IMG/VR virus record: IMGVR_UViG_3300013233_000151
Coordinates: 7,962-71,961 of that record
Source: a virus
DNA length: 64,000 bases
Strand: one strand, 5' to 3'
Position numbers and translations under genes: made by a program. A model generated the notes under the pieces. It had not been told where the DNA came from and did no database searches. It saw nothing but the letters and a program-made list of their open reading frames with translations. Below, in pieces: positions 48,244 through 58,408 of the stretch; the stretch's first letter is position 1, and every line of letters begins with the position of its first letter.

Positions 48244-49496
48244 AACGAGACCTTCGCCCAGGACAACCTGTTGAGCTGTTCCCCGGTATTTATCGGGGAG
48301 TTGTGGAGGACGTGAATGATCCAGAACTGCGCAAGCGGTATCGCGTCCGCGTCGTGAATGTGCACCCCGCTGCCGTCGAAACTCAGCACCTTCCGTGGTC
48401 TGAGCTGGGTGGTGGCTTTGGAGGTCAGACGTTCGGCGATGTTCCGGCCTACGCACTCGACGATGAGGTGTGGGTAATGTTCGAGGCTGGCAACCGACGC
48501 TTCCCTGTCATAATGGGCGGCATAATGAACTTCGCTGGGGGTCTTACTCCGATCCCTCCTGAGCAGACGGGAGACGATTATCCGGAGACACAACAGCGAT
48601 GGATCCGCGTCGATCGCGCGGGTAACAAGATTGAGATGAGCCCGCTCGATGAGGAGTTATGGGTGAAGATCCTCACGCCCGACGGCTCGTTCGTGCAAGT
48701 GTCGGCTGCCGACGGCTCCGTACAGATCTCTGGCGAAGGCCGTGTGCAGATTACGGCTCCGAATTTGCAGATCGTTGCAGATGAGGAGATGAATGTCACT
48801 ACGGCGAAGCTGGTCGCCGACGTGGCGTCTGAGTGTACGATTCGAGGCGGAGGCGTGGTGAATATCAAGGGCGCGGACGTTATCAACGTCGGCGAATACA
48901 CACCGCCTGACACGAGTGGCGGCTTGATTCCCTCTGTGCCTGAGACCTCGGGAGTCGTCAACATCAAGGCCGTCGATCTCGTGAAGATCGAGAGCGCCGA
49001 CGTGATTGACGTGGATGCGGGCGGCGCGATGACCGTGGATGTCGTGGACAAGATTACGGTTACGGGCGGCGCTGATCTTGATCTGACGGTTGCGGGTAAC
49101 GTGCTGCTCGATGTGGAAGGCAACGTCGATGCAGACATTGAAGGGACGCTCACCGCTAACGCCGCTAAGAAAATTCTGATCGACGGTCAGGCAGACATCG
49201 AAGTCAATGCGCAGTCTAACTTCACGCTCACGAATGCTGGAGCGACCTTCGACATCAACGCACAGACGCAATTCAACTTGCACGCGGGGGCGACGATGGC
49301 GATCGACGCCGACGCTAACCTCACGATTGACGCCACCGCGAACCTCGATATCACTTGTACGGCGTCGATGTCTCTCAAGGCGAACGCACAGCTCACGCTT
49401 GATGCTTCGATCATCAGCATTTCAGCAACGTCGTTGCTGGATATTTCGGCGGGGTCGCTCGCACAGATCGACGGTTCTATAATCCTTATTGGGTGA
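48240..49496 (+). CDS. Baseplate spike (gp5/gpV/VgrG-like OB fold + beta-helix)
   Basis: GIYRGVVEDVNDP..RVRV..LPW..VWVMFEAGN..PV; ~8-residue beta repeats in the C-terminal half. Confidence 0.9.
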   Translation: MKRDLRPGQPVELFPGIYRGVVEDVNDPELRKRYRVRVVNVHPAAVETQHLPWSELGGGFGGQTFGDVPAYALDDEVWVMFEAGNRRFPVIMGGIMNFAGGLTPIPPEQTGDDYPETQQRWIRVDRAGNKIEMSPLDEELWVKILTPDGSFVQVSAADGSVQISGEGRVQITAPNLQIVADEEMNVTTAKLVADVASECTIRGGGVVNIKGADVINVGEYTPPDTSGGLIPSVPETSGVVNIKAVDLVKIESADVIDVDAGGAMTVDVVDKITVTGGADLDLTVAGNVLLDVEGNVDADIEGTLTANAAKKILIDGQADIEVNAQSNFTLTNAGATFDINAQTQFNLHAGATMAIDADANLTIDATANLDITCTASMSLKANAQLTLDASIISISATSLLDISAGSLAQIDGSIILIG

Positions 49497-49500
49497 TCGC

Positions 49501-50166
49501 ATGTCCTGCGGAACTTGTCCCGATACCGTCATCTCAGTTCTGCGCACCATCGTCCGTAAGGAGTTGGATAAGCTGACTGCGATTGTCCGTATGACTAGCT
49601 TCTTCAACGATGCGATTGGAGACGTGGCGAGCGTTGGCGTATCTGATGTGAACGCTGCCGTGACTGCAATTCCCTCTCCGGTATCCATCAACTTCATCGA
49701 CATTCTTGGATACCTAACTTGTCCGCTCACGCCGTTGGCTCTCGGAATCGGGGAACTCGCGGATCTTACGAGCGGAGACCTCAATAATCAGCTCAAGGCA
49801 TTGCAGGCGTTGCAAACGGGAACGATCGACAAAGCACGCCGGAGCTATGAGACGGCACTCAATGGGAGCGTAAACGCTAAGTTGATTCGACAGTCACGCA
49901 AGTACGAGAAGAGCCTGCGTCAGATCAACTTCGATCCTACGTCATTCGCCAACGCGGTACTCATCACAGCTACCGTTCAGAGCGTGTGCGACCAGCAAGA
50001 ATTCGACGATGTGTTCACCACGTTCGCTACGCTCTCATCTAGTTTCTCGTTCACGGGCGGAGTTCCGGCTACGCTCAACAGCAACCTCGCAGCAATGATT
50101 CAGAAGCTTGGAAACGGTGAAGCTAAGTTCGCCGCGCTTCGCAAGTCGCTGCATAGCTTAGGATAG
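49501..50166 (+). CDS. Hypothetical helical protein between spike and PAAR-like gene
   Basis: ORF in operon. Confidence 0.6.
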   Translation: MSCGTCPDTVISVLRTIVRKELDKLTAIVRMTSFFNDAIGDVASVGVSDVNAAVTAIPSPVSINFIDILGYLTCPLTPLALGIGELADLTSGDLNNQLKALQALQTGTIDKARRSYETALNGSVNAKLIRQSRKYEKSLRQINFDPTSFANAVLITATVQSVCDQQEFDDVFTTFATLSSSFSFTGGVPATLNSNLAAMIQKLGNGEAKFAALRKSLHSLG

Positions 50167-50170
50167 TTCG

Positions 50171-50473
50171 ATGGGCATCCCCATTTTGACAGGCGACATC
50201 AGTGCCCCGTTCACGTTTCCGAGCGTTCCTCCTCTTCTTGCTCCCGCGATCATGTTGCTGGGGACCACGAAGGTCTTGATAGCAGGGAGATCCGTGATGA
50301 CCTTGGGAGCGGCTCAGACGAGCCTCGGTGCGATCGTCGTCAGCACGCTCTTCACCACCAAGACGTTCATCGAGGGTTCTCCCGCGCACCTCGCTGGAGC
50401 GGTAGCCATCACGTCGTCAGGGTGGCTCAATGGGGTTCTACAAGGTACGACGGTGACGGTTCTCATCAATTGA
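50171..50473 (+). CDS. PAAR-like spike tip protein (gp5.4-like)
   Basis: Size, position, KVLIAGRSV, KTFIEGSPAHLAG, TVLIN; canonical Zn ligands mostly absent. Confidence 0.6.
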   Translation: MGIPILTGDISAPFTFPSVPPLLAPAIMLLGTTKVLIAGRSVMTLGAAQTSLGAIVVSTLFTTKTFIEGSPAHLAGAVAITSSGWLNGVLQGTTVTVLIN

Positions 50474-50484
50474 TTCAGCTACCT

Positions 50485-50514
50485 GTAGAGGGTCGGCTTT
50501 GCCTTCGGTAGACT
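50485..50514 (+). promoter_or_regulatory. Putative promoter G-TAGAGG N17 TAGACT
   Basis: Variant of the recurring motif, intergenic. Confidence 0.5.
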
Positions 50515-50527
50515 GCTCCCGCGTATC

Positions 50528-50968
50528 ATGGCAAGCTCAGACCTACAGACCTCGAAGGAGATTCGAGGACTCGCTCTCCCGGCCGTCAAGGGTCCGGGAG
50601 GCTACTTCGAGTCCAAGAGTGTCGGCGACGTGTCATGGGGGGACCTACTGCTCACGCTCTTCACGCCACTCGGGGGACGGGTGATGCGACGGAGCTTCGG
50701 TAGCTCGCTCTACGATCTTCTCTTCGAGCCTCTGATTCCAGGTGAGTTTCAGCTCATCGGATCTACCATTAGAGACATCGCGGCGCGACAGCTCCCGCAT
50801 GTAACGGTGACGCGGGTGGAGATCCGCGAGCTTTCTAGCGGGATTGGTATGGAGATAACCGTCTTCTTCCGCGTTGATACCAATCGAGAGGTCGAGCAGC
50901 AGCAGACCGTTCTAATTCCCAAGACTTTCATCTCGCCGACAATAGCGGCCGTCAATTCGGGAGTGTAA
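50528..50968 (+). CDS. Baseplate wedge protein, gp25-like
   Basis: TPLGGRVMRRSFGSSLYDLLFEP. Confidence 0.9.
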   Translation: MASSDLQTSKEIRGLALPAVKGPGGYFESKSVGDVSWGDLLLTLFTPLGGRVMRRSFGSSLYDLLFEPLIPGEFQLIGSTIRDIAARQLPHVTVTRVEIRELSSGIGMEITVFFRVDTNREVEQQQTVLIPKTFISPTIAAVNSGV

Positions 50969-50970
50969 CG

Positions 50971-52638
50971 ATGCCTGACTCAAGCCCCCCGAGGTTGTCC
51001 TATACGGGCCGTGACTTCACGCTCATCCGAAACGATCTGGAGGCGTTCGTCCAGGCGACGCGCCCCGACGACTTCACGGACTTCTTCGACTCCAACCTCG
51101 GGGTCACGATCATCGACCTGTTGGCCTACGTGGGAGACCTGCTCAGCTACGGACAGGACATCGTGGCGCAAGAGGTTTTTCTGGCTACTGCGCGCCGTCT
51201 GGAGAGCGCTCTGCGCTTCGCGCGGTCGGTGGGCTTCGTTCCCCGCTCCGCCACCGCCGCGACCGTGGTGGCCGTCTCAGGGGCGCTACCGGCCAACGTC
51301 GTGTCGTTTGGTGCGATCGTGCGCGCGGGCAGTTTCGTCACCGGAGCCAACGGGCTGCGCTATTCCCTCGATTCGGATCAGACGATCGTGCCCGGCAGCT
51401 CGATCGCTTCATTCACACTGAGCGAGGGTCAGAGGTTCACGGAGGCGTTCGAGCCCTCGAAGCTACCGAATCAGTCGTTCACGGTGGCGCGAGGCGTCGT
51501 TGAGGAGGACTCGTGGGACGTGTTCGTTGGTGACGCCACGAATCCTCTCAACGAGTGGACGCAAGTGTCCAACGTGCTGTTCGAGACTACCGAATCTCAG
51601 ACGTACGAAGTGTTCTTCGACGGGCAGGGTCGCCTCTCTGTCATCTTTGGCAACGGCACCTCGGGGCAGATTCCTCCCTCGAAGGTTACGATCACTTACC
51701 GCACCACCAACGGGCTGACCGGCAACGCGGGCATCAATACGATTCGCGGCACCATGCAGGCTGAGGTGGTGGGGACGCAGACGACGGCTGCGCTGTCGGT
51801 GCTCAACTCGTCCGGCGCAGCTACGGGTGGACAGGATCGGGAGAGCGTTGAGGAGCTGCGCGTTTCCGTCCCGGCATTTATCCGAACGCTCGACAAAGCG
51901 ATAACGCTTGTAGACTACGAGCAGATCGTCGCCACGCAGGCGGGCGTTGCGCTTGCGTTCGCGGACGTACCGATTTCGGGCCTCAATGGAAACATCGTTC
52001 GCGTGCACATTTGGGACACCGAACAGTTCACGTTTGTCTCGACGAGTCCCGGACAAGGCACCACCACGGCAGTCAATTATCAGCGGTACACACAGGTTCC
52101 GACCGCGCGCATCTTCACCGTGCAGCAGTTCCTCCGCACGCGCACGATGGCGACGGCGCACAATGTTGTGATCCGACCCGACATGGCGCAGGTGGACCTC
52201 AATCTTGGGCAGGTCAAGTTCGACACGTTGAACAAGAACGAGGACGTGCACCGAGGGATCGTGGAGGCATTGGTCTCGCTATTCGAGACCGGATCGGGAT
52301 TCCTGATCCGCATGTCCGACATCTACAACGTCGTGAACAGTGTGCCGGGAGTTGTAGGGTTCACGATCTTTCAAGTCACGTTCGATCACATCGACTTCAA
52401 TGATCCGACGCTCGGCACGGTGATCGAAGTGTTCCGGACCGACCAGGATATCTTCGGTGCACAGGGAGGCCCGTTCAATCCGCTCCAGGATCTAACGATC
52501 CCGGCGGCGATCGAGCGCAAGTTCTACGACGATACGTTCCTGTTCAACAACGAGATCCTCTTCGACTCCGAGATTGACTCGACGACCTTGCAGGCTATCA
52601 ACCTGCGTTCTCTTGTCTTCACTCTCGTTGCGGGATGA
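50971..52638 (+). CDS. Baseplate wedge protein, gp6/baseplate J-like
   Basis: YTGRDF, DLLAYVGD, FLATAR, FGNGTSG.IP, GGQDRESVEELR, AITLVDYE. Confidence 0.92.
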   Translation: MPDSSPPRLSYTGRDFTLIRNDLEAFVQATRPDDFTDFFDSNLGVTIIDLLAYVGDLLSYGQDIVAQEVFLATARRLESALRFARSVGFVPRSATAATVVAVSGALPANVVSFGAIVRAGSFVTGANGLRYSLDSDQTIVPGSSIASFTLSEGQRFTEAFEPSKLPNQSFTVARGVVEEDSWDVFVGDATNPLNEWTQVSNVLFETTESQTYEVFFDGQGRLSVIFGNGTSGQIPPSKVTITYRTTNGLTGNAGINTIRGTMQAEVVGTQTTAALSVLNSSGAATGGQDRESVEELRVSVPAFIRTLDKAITLVDYEQIVATQAGVALAFADVPISGLNGNIVRVHIWDTEQFTFVSTSPGQGTTTAVNYQRYTQVPTARIFTVQQFLRTRTMATAHNVVIRPDMAQVDLNLGQVKFDTLNKNEDVHRGIVEALVSLFETGSGFLIRMSDIYNVVNSVPGVVGFTIFQVTFDHIDFNDPTLGTVIEVFRTDQDIFGAQGGPFNPLQDLTIPAAIERKFYDDTFLFNNEILFDSEIDSTTLQAINLRSLVFTLVAG

Positions 52639-52643
52639 ACCGA

Positions 52644-53195
52644 CTACTTCACATGACCCCACAGCACGCCACGGCATATCTTGCTGACGTGGAACTCGCT
52701 GAGCCCAAGCTGCTCGGCGATGCTGCGTTGTGTCTGCCCGGTTCGCTTGAGGCGGCGGATCTCTCGCACGTCCGCCTCCGTGATGGTGGCGTGTCCGTGA
52801 GCTTCGCCGTGAGCTTTGTGCATGAGGCCCGCTTCTTGTGCGCGGCGGTAGTTCTCACGCGGAGTTACATACTCAAGGTTGTCGAGGCGATTGTTCGTCT
52901 TGTGCGTATCAATGTGATCGACTTCGCGTCCGCGCTTTGGTCCCACGAACGCACGCATGACGATGTTGTGGACCAAAGCGGAACGTCGGGTGTCGTTTCG
53001 GCACAGGCTGACCCCGAGGTATCCCTTGCCCGCACGCCCCATTTCACTCGCAAGGAGAACGTGTCCGACCTGACGGCTGTGCCCGTGCAGGCTTTGGATG
53101 CGTCCCAGATCACTCACTTCGTACAGGCCACGATAGCCGACCACCGGCTTCCACGTCTCTTGGAGGGCGTTGCCTCTCCGCTTCGTCTTCTTCAT
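52644..53195 (-). mobile_element. Free-standing NUMOD4-HNH homing endonuclease gene
   Basis: WKPVVGYRGLYEVSDLGRI (NUMOD4); VHNIV..VDHIDTHKTNNRLDNLEYVTPREN (HNH); C-terminal HTH. Confidence 0.92.
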
Positions 53196-53213
53196 CTCTA
53201 AAGGATACTACAA

Positions 53214-53672
53214 ATGCCCAGCCTAACAAACTACGGACAACAGATCGGACTTTACGACGACACCCGAACCATCCTGCCAGGCACTCTCGCCGGGACAGCA
53301 GCGGCTCAAGGTGGCATCGCGCACATCGCGGACCGCATCGACCTTTACAGCGGCCTGCTTGGTAACGTCGAGGACAAGGATGCGTCGTTGTCCTCGTTCA
53401 GCGACCCGGCGGGCGGCGGCTACCTCGGTAGTCAGACCATCACGAAGGGCGGATCGTGGTCGCTCCCCTCGGCCACGTCGGGCGATACGCAGATCGTCCT
53501 CACCCCCAACATCACGTTCACGGCGACCGGCAACCCCATCAACGACGTGGGCGGTGCGGTGATCCGCGACGAAGCAGACAACGTGATCGCGTGGTGGGAA
53601 CGGTCGAGCGATATCACTCTCGCCACCAACGACACCATCACGGCCGACCAACTCACGATCCGCATCGTCTGA
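53214..53672 (+). CDS. Small beta-sandwich fibre/structural protein
   Basis: IDLY..GGGY..ITFTATG..ITLATNDTIT pattern; AAGGA RBS. Confidence 0.6.
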   Translation: MPSLTNYGQQIGLYDDTRTILPGTLAGTAAAQGGIAHIADRIDLYSGLLGNVEDKDASLSSFSDPAGGGYLGSQTITKGGSWSLPSATSGDTQIVLTPNITFTATGNPINDVGGAVIRDEADNVIAWWERSSDITLATNDTITADQLTIRIV

Positions 53673-53690
53673 TCGCCTAGAGGTTAGCGC

Positions 53691-55286
53691 GTGGTCCTAA
53701 TCACTGGCGACGTTGCTGCTGATTCGGCAGTAGCGACAGCAACTATTTTCGGGGACGGTCCGAGCGGAGACTTCCGCATCGGTGCCGGTGAACTCCCCGG
53801 GAATGAGCTGCTGTCTGCCGGGACGTTCTTGGAGTGGTACTTCGAGACGGCCGGTGGCGGCGGTGATTTTGGATCTAGTCCACCGGCCAACCCGCGCGCG
53901 GGCGGCCACGCGACCCTGACGGGTAATCCGCTACTCGGGGCGATGGTTGCGGCTGATCCACTCCTCTCTGCCGCAGCGACGGCCAACATGACGGGTGGCT
54001 TCATCGTCGGAGCCGTCATCACGAATCCCCTCGTCTTAGGGGCTTCGCTACTCACCGGAGGATCGCAGATCGCGGTCTCGGTCGTCGGTGATGTTACGGC
54101 CGCGTCGTTCCTGTTCGGTGAGGTGCGCGAGTCGCTCTTCCCAGAGCTATCGCCTAATGCACGAGCGGATGCGAATGGTGGCATCAAGCCGTGCTTGCCT
54201 CTGCTAATCTACATCGACGACGTGAGCCATATCGGCAACCTGAACGAAGCGGACGGCGTGACGCCGAAGCTCGCGCTCAATCAGGCGTTCCGAATGTCCT
54301 CGACATACGCAGGTGGTGATCGTCTCGCGGTCTTTGGCGCGAGCGCCAACGCGATCGGGATGCGAATCTTGACTGATCTGCAAGGCGATGGGGTAGAGGA
54401 AGAAGCGACGCTGTTTCGCCGTCCGCTGGAGAACGAGACCGTGGTGCTGCTTGATGGAACGGTCGAGAAGTACGACGCGACGCTCGATACGTGGGTGGGG
54501 TTCACGACCCTTCCCCAGCGCGTACTACTCGGAATGCGTGTCTTCGAGATTCTCGACCCGGATATGATCTGGGACTACTACGCGAAGCTGGTCGGTCTCA
54601 AGTATGCACAGCTTGCGCGTGACACGCGCGAGATCCTCGACTTCATCGACCCCGATAAGTGTCCGATAGATCAGCTACCGTTGCTCTCGGAGAACTTTGG
54701 AGTTGACACGATTGCCGATCTGTCGGAGCGCACGCAGCGTGAAACGATCCGTCAGTGGTCGCCGCTTATGAAGCTCAAGGGTCTGCCGCAGGCGGTCGTG
54801 ATCGCGCTTCGCACGCTGGGATTCTCTGGACACGCGACGCAGATTTGGACTAAGCCTAATGCACTCGCGACCGAGTTCATCGAGCGCCCCTTTGGATACT
54901 CGAATGAGTTCCCGGATCAGACGGATCCGCTCGCGTTCTTCCCGAGCCCGAGCGTTGCGATTCACCTCAATGAGTTGGATGGGACGCCTTTGGTCGTGAT
55001 TGACGCTACCACGAAGGATCTCGTTGCCACGTTTCTCAAGCGCAACATTCTCCCCGCGCACGTTCAGATCCGTACTTTCGTCACAGACATCGGTGTGGGT
55101 GACGACGACGTGACGGCCACCGACGCCGTGACGGTCGTGACCAATGTGCGCTCCGGAACAGCACTCGTGCAGGCCGGTCCTGCGACGACGGTGTTCAGCG
55201 TTTCTATCCTTCCGGTCCGGGCCACGATGGCCGTTCAAGCCAATCCCGCGACCACGATCATCTCGGTAACCGTCACCGCGCCATGA
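53691..55286 (+). CDS. Baseplate wedge protein (gp7/P2 gpI-like) with repeat extensions
   Basis: IDPDKCPIDQLPLL..FG, KLKG..V..AL..LG, LPAHV. Confidence 0.75.
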   Translation: MVLITGDVAADSAVATATIFGDGPSGDFRIGAGELPGNELLSAGTFLEWYFETAGGGGDFGSSPPANPRAGGHATLTGNPLLGAMVAADPLLSAAATANMTGGFIVGAVITNPLVLGASLLTGGSQIAVSVVGDVTAASFLFGEVRESLFPELSPNARADANGGIKPCLPLLIYIDDVSHIGNLNEADGVTPKLALNQAFRMSSTYAGGDRLAVFGASANAIGMRILTDLQGDGVEEEATLFRRPLENETVVLLDGTVEKYDATLDTWVGFTTLPQRVLLGMRVFEILDPDMIWDYYAKLVGLKYAQLARDTREILDFIDPDKCPIDQLPLLSENFGVDTIADLSERTQRETIRQWSPLMKLKGLPQAVVIALRTLGFSGHATQIWTKPNALATEFIERPFGYSNEFPDQTDPLAFFPSPSVAIHLNELDGTPLVVIDATTKDLVATFLKRNILPAHVQIRTFVTDIGVGDDDVTATDAVTVVTNVRSGTALVQAGPATTVFSVSILPVRATMAVQANPATTIISVTVTAP

Positions 55287-55852
55287 AAGCCAACGACTTA
55301 CTCAGCATCCGGGGTTCTCTTCGCATCGTTCACGTTCCCGGGCACTGCTACGAAGATGGCTGCGCGGCGTTGTCTCCCGAGCGCGTGGACGTGCTTTGCG
55401 CACAGGGAGTCGCACACGCGAGCCACGTCTTCGAGAACCTCGTCGTGGACGTGGGGTTGGAGATCATCCGCGCGCTGCTGGGCTTCGGCCAGGGCTTCCC
55501 GACGACCGGCGCGTTCGGCGCGCAGGCTGCCTCAGATTTACAGATCGCCACCATGCGTATCGGGAACGCCACGACACCGCCCGCGCCCGTCGCCGCAGAC
55601 ATTGACATCTCGGTGGTGCCCGCGACGTTTACGATCCCGTCTGTCTCCGCCTTCTACCCTACGGCTGCATCCACTACTCTCGTCGGAGTGGTGCCACAAG
55701 CTCAGTCTTCACTCGACGGCGTAGGGATTACGGAGGAGGGACTGTTCGCGTTCAACGGCGCTATGCTGGCACGAGTTACGTTCCCCGCTGAGGTGAAGAT
55801 TCCGACACATGCAATCCAGTTCGAGCATCAGATTACCGTTGCGAGGCCCTAG
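55283..55852 (+). CDS. Baseplate/tail fibre attachment protein
   Basis: ENLVVDVG, MRIGN, ITEEGLF..MLARVTF. Confidence 0.7.
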   Translation: MKANDLLSIRGSLRIVHVPGHCYEDGCAALSPERVDVLCAQGVAHASHVFENLVVDVGLEIIRALLGFGQGFPTTGAFGAQAASDLQIATMRIGNATTPPAPVAADIDISVVPATFTIPSVSAFYPTAASTTLVGVVPQAQSSLDGVGITEEGLFAFNGAMLARVTFPAEVKIPTHAIQFEHQITVARP

Positions 55853-57097
55853 ATGACGGAGATTCCGGAGCTGCCCCTGACCGCGATCCCGGATCCGACC
55901 TCCACGGATCTGACGGACACCACGAATACGTACCCGCTGCTCGAAGCCATTCAAGGTACACCGAGCCCCGACAGCGTAGGCCCGGAGGCGGGCAACCGGC
56001 AGCCGCGCGCGCTGGATGACCGCACTGAGGCGCTTCGTGCGGTCGTGAACAGCTTGGTGTCGATCGCCAACTCGCTGAACAGCAACTTGCTGCACCGCGA
56101 TGGCGCGGCGGCCACCGTCGCTGGCGTTCCTTCGCCGAGCTTCATGCGCGGCGCCCTCGATATGGGGGACGATCCGCTCGCGCCGATTTTCCACAAGGTC
56201 ATCAACATGGCCGACGGCGTGGCAGCGACCGATGGGGCGAACAAGCAACAGCTCGATGCCGTGCAGGCGTTCCTGAACGGTCTCCAGACGCAGCTCAATG
56301 GTGCGCTGCGGACGGACGGCACGAACACGATGTTGGCTGCGCTCAATATGGGCGCGCAGCAGATTCAATTCTTGGCCGAACCGATCAACGTCGCGGACGC
56401 GGTGACGAAGAACTATCACGACACGCAGATTGCCACCGTCAATACGACGTTTGTGAAGCTCGACGGATCAAACTCTATGATTGGCAACCTCGACATGGGT
56501 GGGTTCAAGATTACGAATCTGAGCCTAGCGGTGCCTACGTCGGACGGAGATGGGGTATCGCGTAGCTACCTGCTCCAGGTGCTCAGTGACATTGCGGCTA
56601 CTCCTCCGGGAGCAATCGTTTCGTTCGCGGGACTCACGGCACCCGTAGGTTGGTTCTTCTGTGACGGGACGACGATTAGTCAGACTACCTTCGCTAATCT
56701 CTTCGCCGTTATTGGAACCACCTACAATACCGGCGGTGAACCCGCAGGAGACTTTCGACTTCCTGACATGCGGGGGCGGATTCCGATGGGCCTCGATAAC
56801 ATGGGGTTGGGAGTTCCAGCAGGAGTCGTGGTGGATCCGCAGGCCGACGTGTTGGGCGGCACGTTGGGGTTTGAGACGCATACGCTCGTTACGGCTGAGC
56901 TGCCTCTGCACTCTCACCAGTACGACGATCAGTACGTGGGAGCAACGACAGGCGGTACGCTCACGGGTCCAACGGTAGTGAACGCAACCTCTGACTTTGT
57001 GGAGCAGATAGGCCGCACGACAACCAGTACTGGTGGAGACGGCGCGCACAACAACATGCAGCCCGTTATCGCCATGTCGTACATCATCAAGCAGTGA
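55853..57097 (+). CDS. Tail fibre protein with tail-collar domain (paralog 1)
   Basis: KVINMADG..DGANK repeats; PPGAIVSFAG..P.GWFFCDG..LFAVIGTTY..FRLPDMRGR; HNNMQP. Confidence 0.88.
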   Translation: MTEIPELPLTAIPDPTSTDLTDTTNTYPLLEAIQGTPSPDSVGPEAGNRQPRALDDRTEALRAVVNSLVSIANSLNSNLLHRDGAAATVAGVPSPSFMRGALDMGDDPLAPIFHKVINMADGVAATDGANKQQLDAVQAFLNGLQTQLNGALRTDGTNTMLAALNMGAQQIQFLAEPINVADAVTKNYHDTQIATVNTTFVKLDGSNSMIGNLDMGGFKITNLSLAVPTSDGDGVSRSYLLQVLSDIAATPPGAIVSFAGLTAPVGWFFCDGTTISQTTFANLFAVIGTTYNTGGEPAGDFRLPDMRGRIPMGLDNMGLGVPAGVVVDPQADVLGGTLGFETHTLVTAELPLHSHQYDDQYVGATTGGTLTGPTVVNATSDFVEQIGRTTTSTGGDGAHNNMQPVIAMSYIIKQ

Positions 57098-57100
57098 GCC

Positions 57101-58324
57101 GTGTCTGAATTCCCCTCAGTAGTCGTCACCGCGATCCCCGATCCGCCGGACGCCGCGTTCCCGGATCGGGTCGAGGTTGGACCGCTCACGCTCATCGGAC
57201 CGACGGGAGAGAACCAACAGCCCGGAGTGCTTGACATCCGCACTGAGACGTTGCGCGGTGTCGTCAACACGTTGGTCATGTTGTTCAATTTTATCCAAGA
57301 GGATTTCTTGGACCGCGACGGAGCCGACGCACCGATCACGGGATCGACGCAAGGCGACTACTACATGCGCGGCGATATGGACTTGGGCGGGTTCAAGATC
57401 ACGAACACGACTGACGGATCGTCGATTCGGGATCTCGTCACGTTCGATCAAGTCGAGACCTTGCGATTCTCTGGCGAAGACAGCGTAGAGCAGATTCTTA
57501 CGAATCGGGTGGTCTTTCAGGACGGGTCGGTTCCGATGATTGCGGCGCTCAACATGGCGACGTTGCGCGTCATCAACGTGGCGGCGGCGTCGATCGCAAC
57601 AGATGCCGTTCGGAAAGACACCGTGGATGCAGGAGTCGTTTCCGTACAGACGGCTTTGCTTCGCACGGTTGGTACTCCCGGTATGGCGGCGGACTTTAGC
57701 TTCGCTAGTGCGAATCCGTTGGTGGACAACTTCAAGATCAACAACCTCGCTGATCCGATATCCGACGGAGACTTGGTGAACCGTAAGTTCTTGAATGATC
57801 AGCTCGCTATCACGGGCGTTGAGGATCTTCCGGTAGCGGCGGTGGTTCCGTATGCCGGTCCTTCGTCCATTCTCCCCGATAACTTTTTGTTCTGCGACGG
57901 ACGCGAAGTGTCGCGCTTCACGTTTCAGAACCTCTTCAACATCATTGGCATTGCGTACGGTGCGCCGTCGTCGGGCTCCGTTTTCAAGCTGCCTGACCTT
58001 AGAGGTCGAGCAGCTTTGCCACTCGATAACCTTGGGGGGCAGACGAAGGGTCTCGTGGCAGATCCGAATGCACGTACCCTCGGAGGTAAATTTGGAGAAG
58101 AGCTGCACGCGCTGGCAGTCTCGGAAATTTCTGCCCACACCCACGACTACAACGACATCCACTACGCGGCAGGCGTCGCGGGTGCGCAGATCGGAGACAA
58201 CAACGCCTCTGACAACGACAACGCAGCGAGCAGCACTGTACGTATCAGCGGAGCAACGGGTTCCAGCGTCGGTCACGTCAACATGCAGCCCTCGATGGCG
58301 ATGAACTGGCTCATCCGATTCTAG
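57101..58324 (+). CDS. Tail fibre protein with tail-collar domain (paralog 2)
   Basis: Same architecture: FLFCDG..LFNIIG..FKLPDLRGR; HVNMQP. Confidence 0.88.
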   Translation: MSEFPSVVVTAIPDPPDAAFPDRVEVGPLTLIGPTGENQQPGVLDIRTETLRGVVNTLVMLFNFIQEDFLDRDGADAPITGSTQGDYYMRGDMDLGGFKITNTTDGSSIRDLVTFDQVETLRFSGEDSVEQILTNRVVFQDGSVPMIAALNMATLRVINVAAASIATDAVRKDTVDAGVVSVQTALLRTVGTPGMAADFSFASANPLVDNFKINNLADPISDGDLVNRKFLNDQLAITGVEDLPVAAVVPYAGPSSILPDNFLFCDGREVSRFTFQNLFNIIGIAYGAPSSGSVFKLPDLRGRAALPLDNLGGQTKGLVADPNARTLGGKFGEELHALAVSEISAHTHDYNDIHYAAGVAGAQIGDNNASDNDNAASSTVRISGATGSSVGHVNMQPSMAMNWLIRF

Positions 58325-58337
58325 CTGATCGACGATC

Positions 58338-58354
58338 CTGGACCCGGTGTCCAG
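58338..58354. repeat. Palindrome copy 4 (CTGGAC CCGGT GTCCAG)
   Basis: Intergenic after the fibre stop. Confidence 0.85.
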
Positions 58355-58378
58355 ACGAAAAATGCGCCTGAGAGGGGT

Positions 58379-58408
58379 GTAGACAGGCCCTTTTGGATTC
58401 GTCAACAT
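58379..58408 (+). promoter_or_regulatory. Putative promoter G-TAGACA N17 CAACAT
   Basis: Perfect -35 motif, imperfect -10. Confidence 0.45.

Noticed and set aside
52635-53201. + strand 188-aa ORF
   Set aside because: Shadow of the clear NUMOD4-HNH gene on the minus strand
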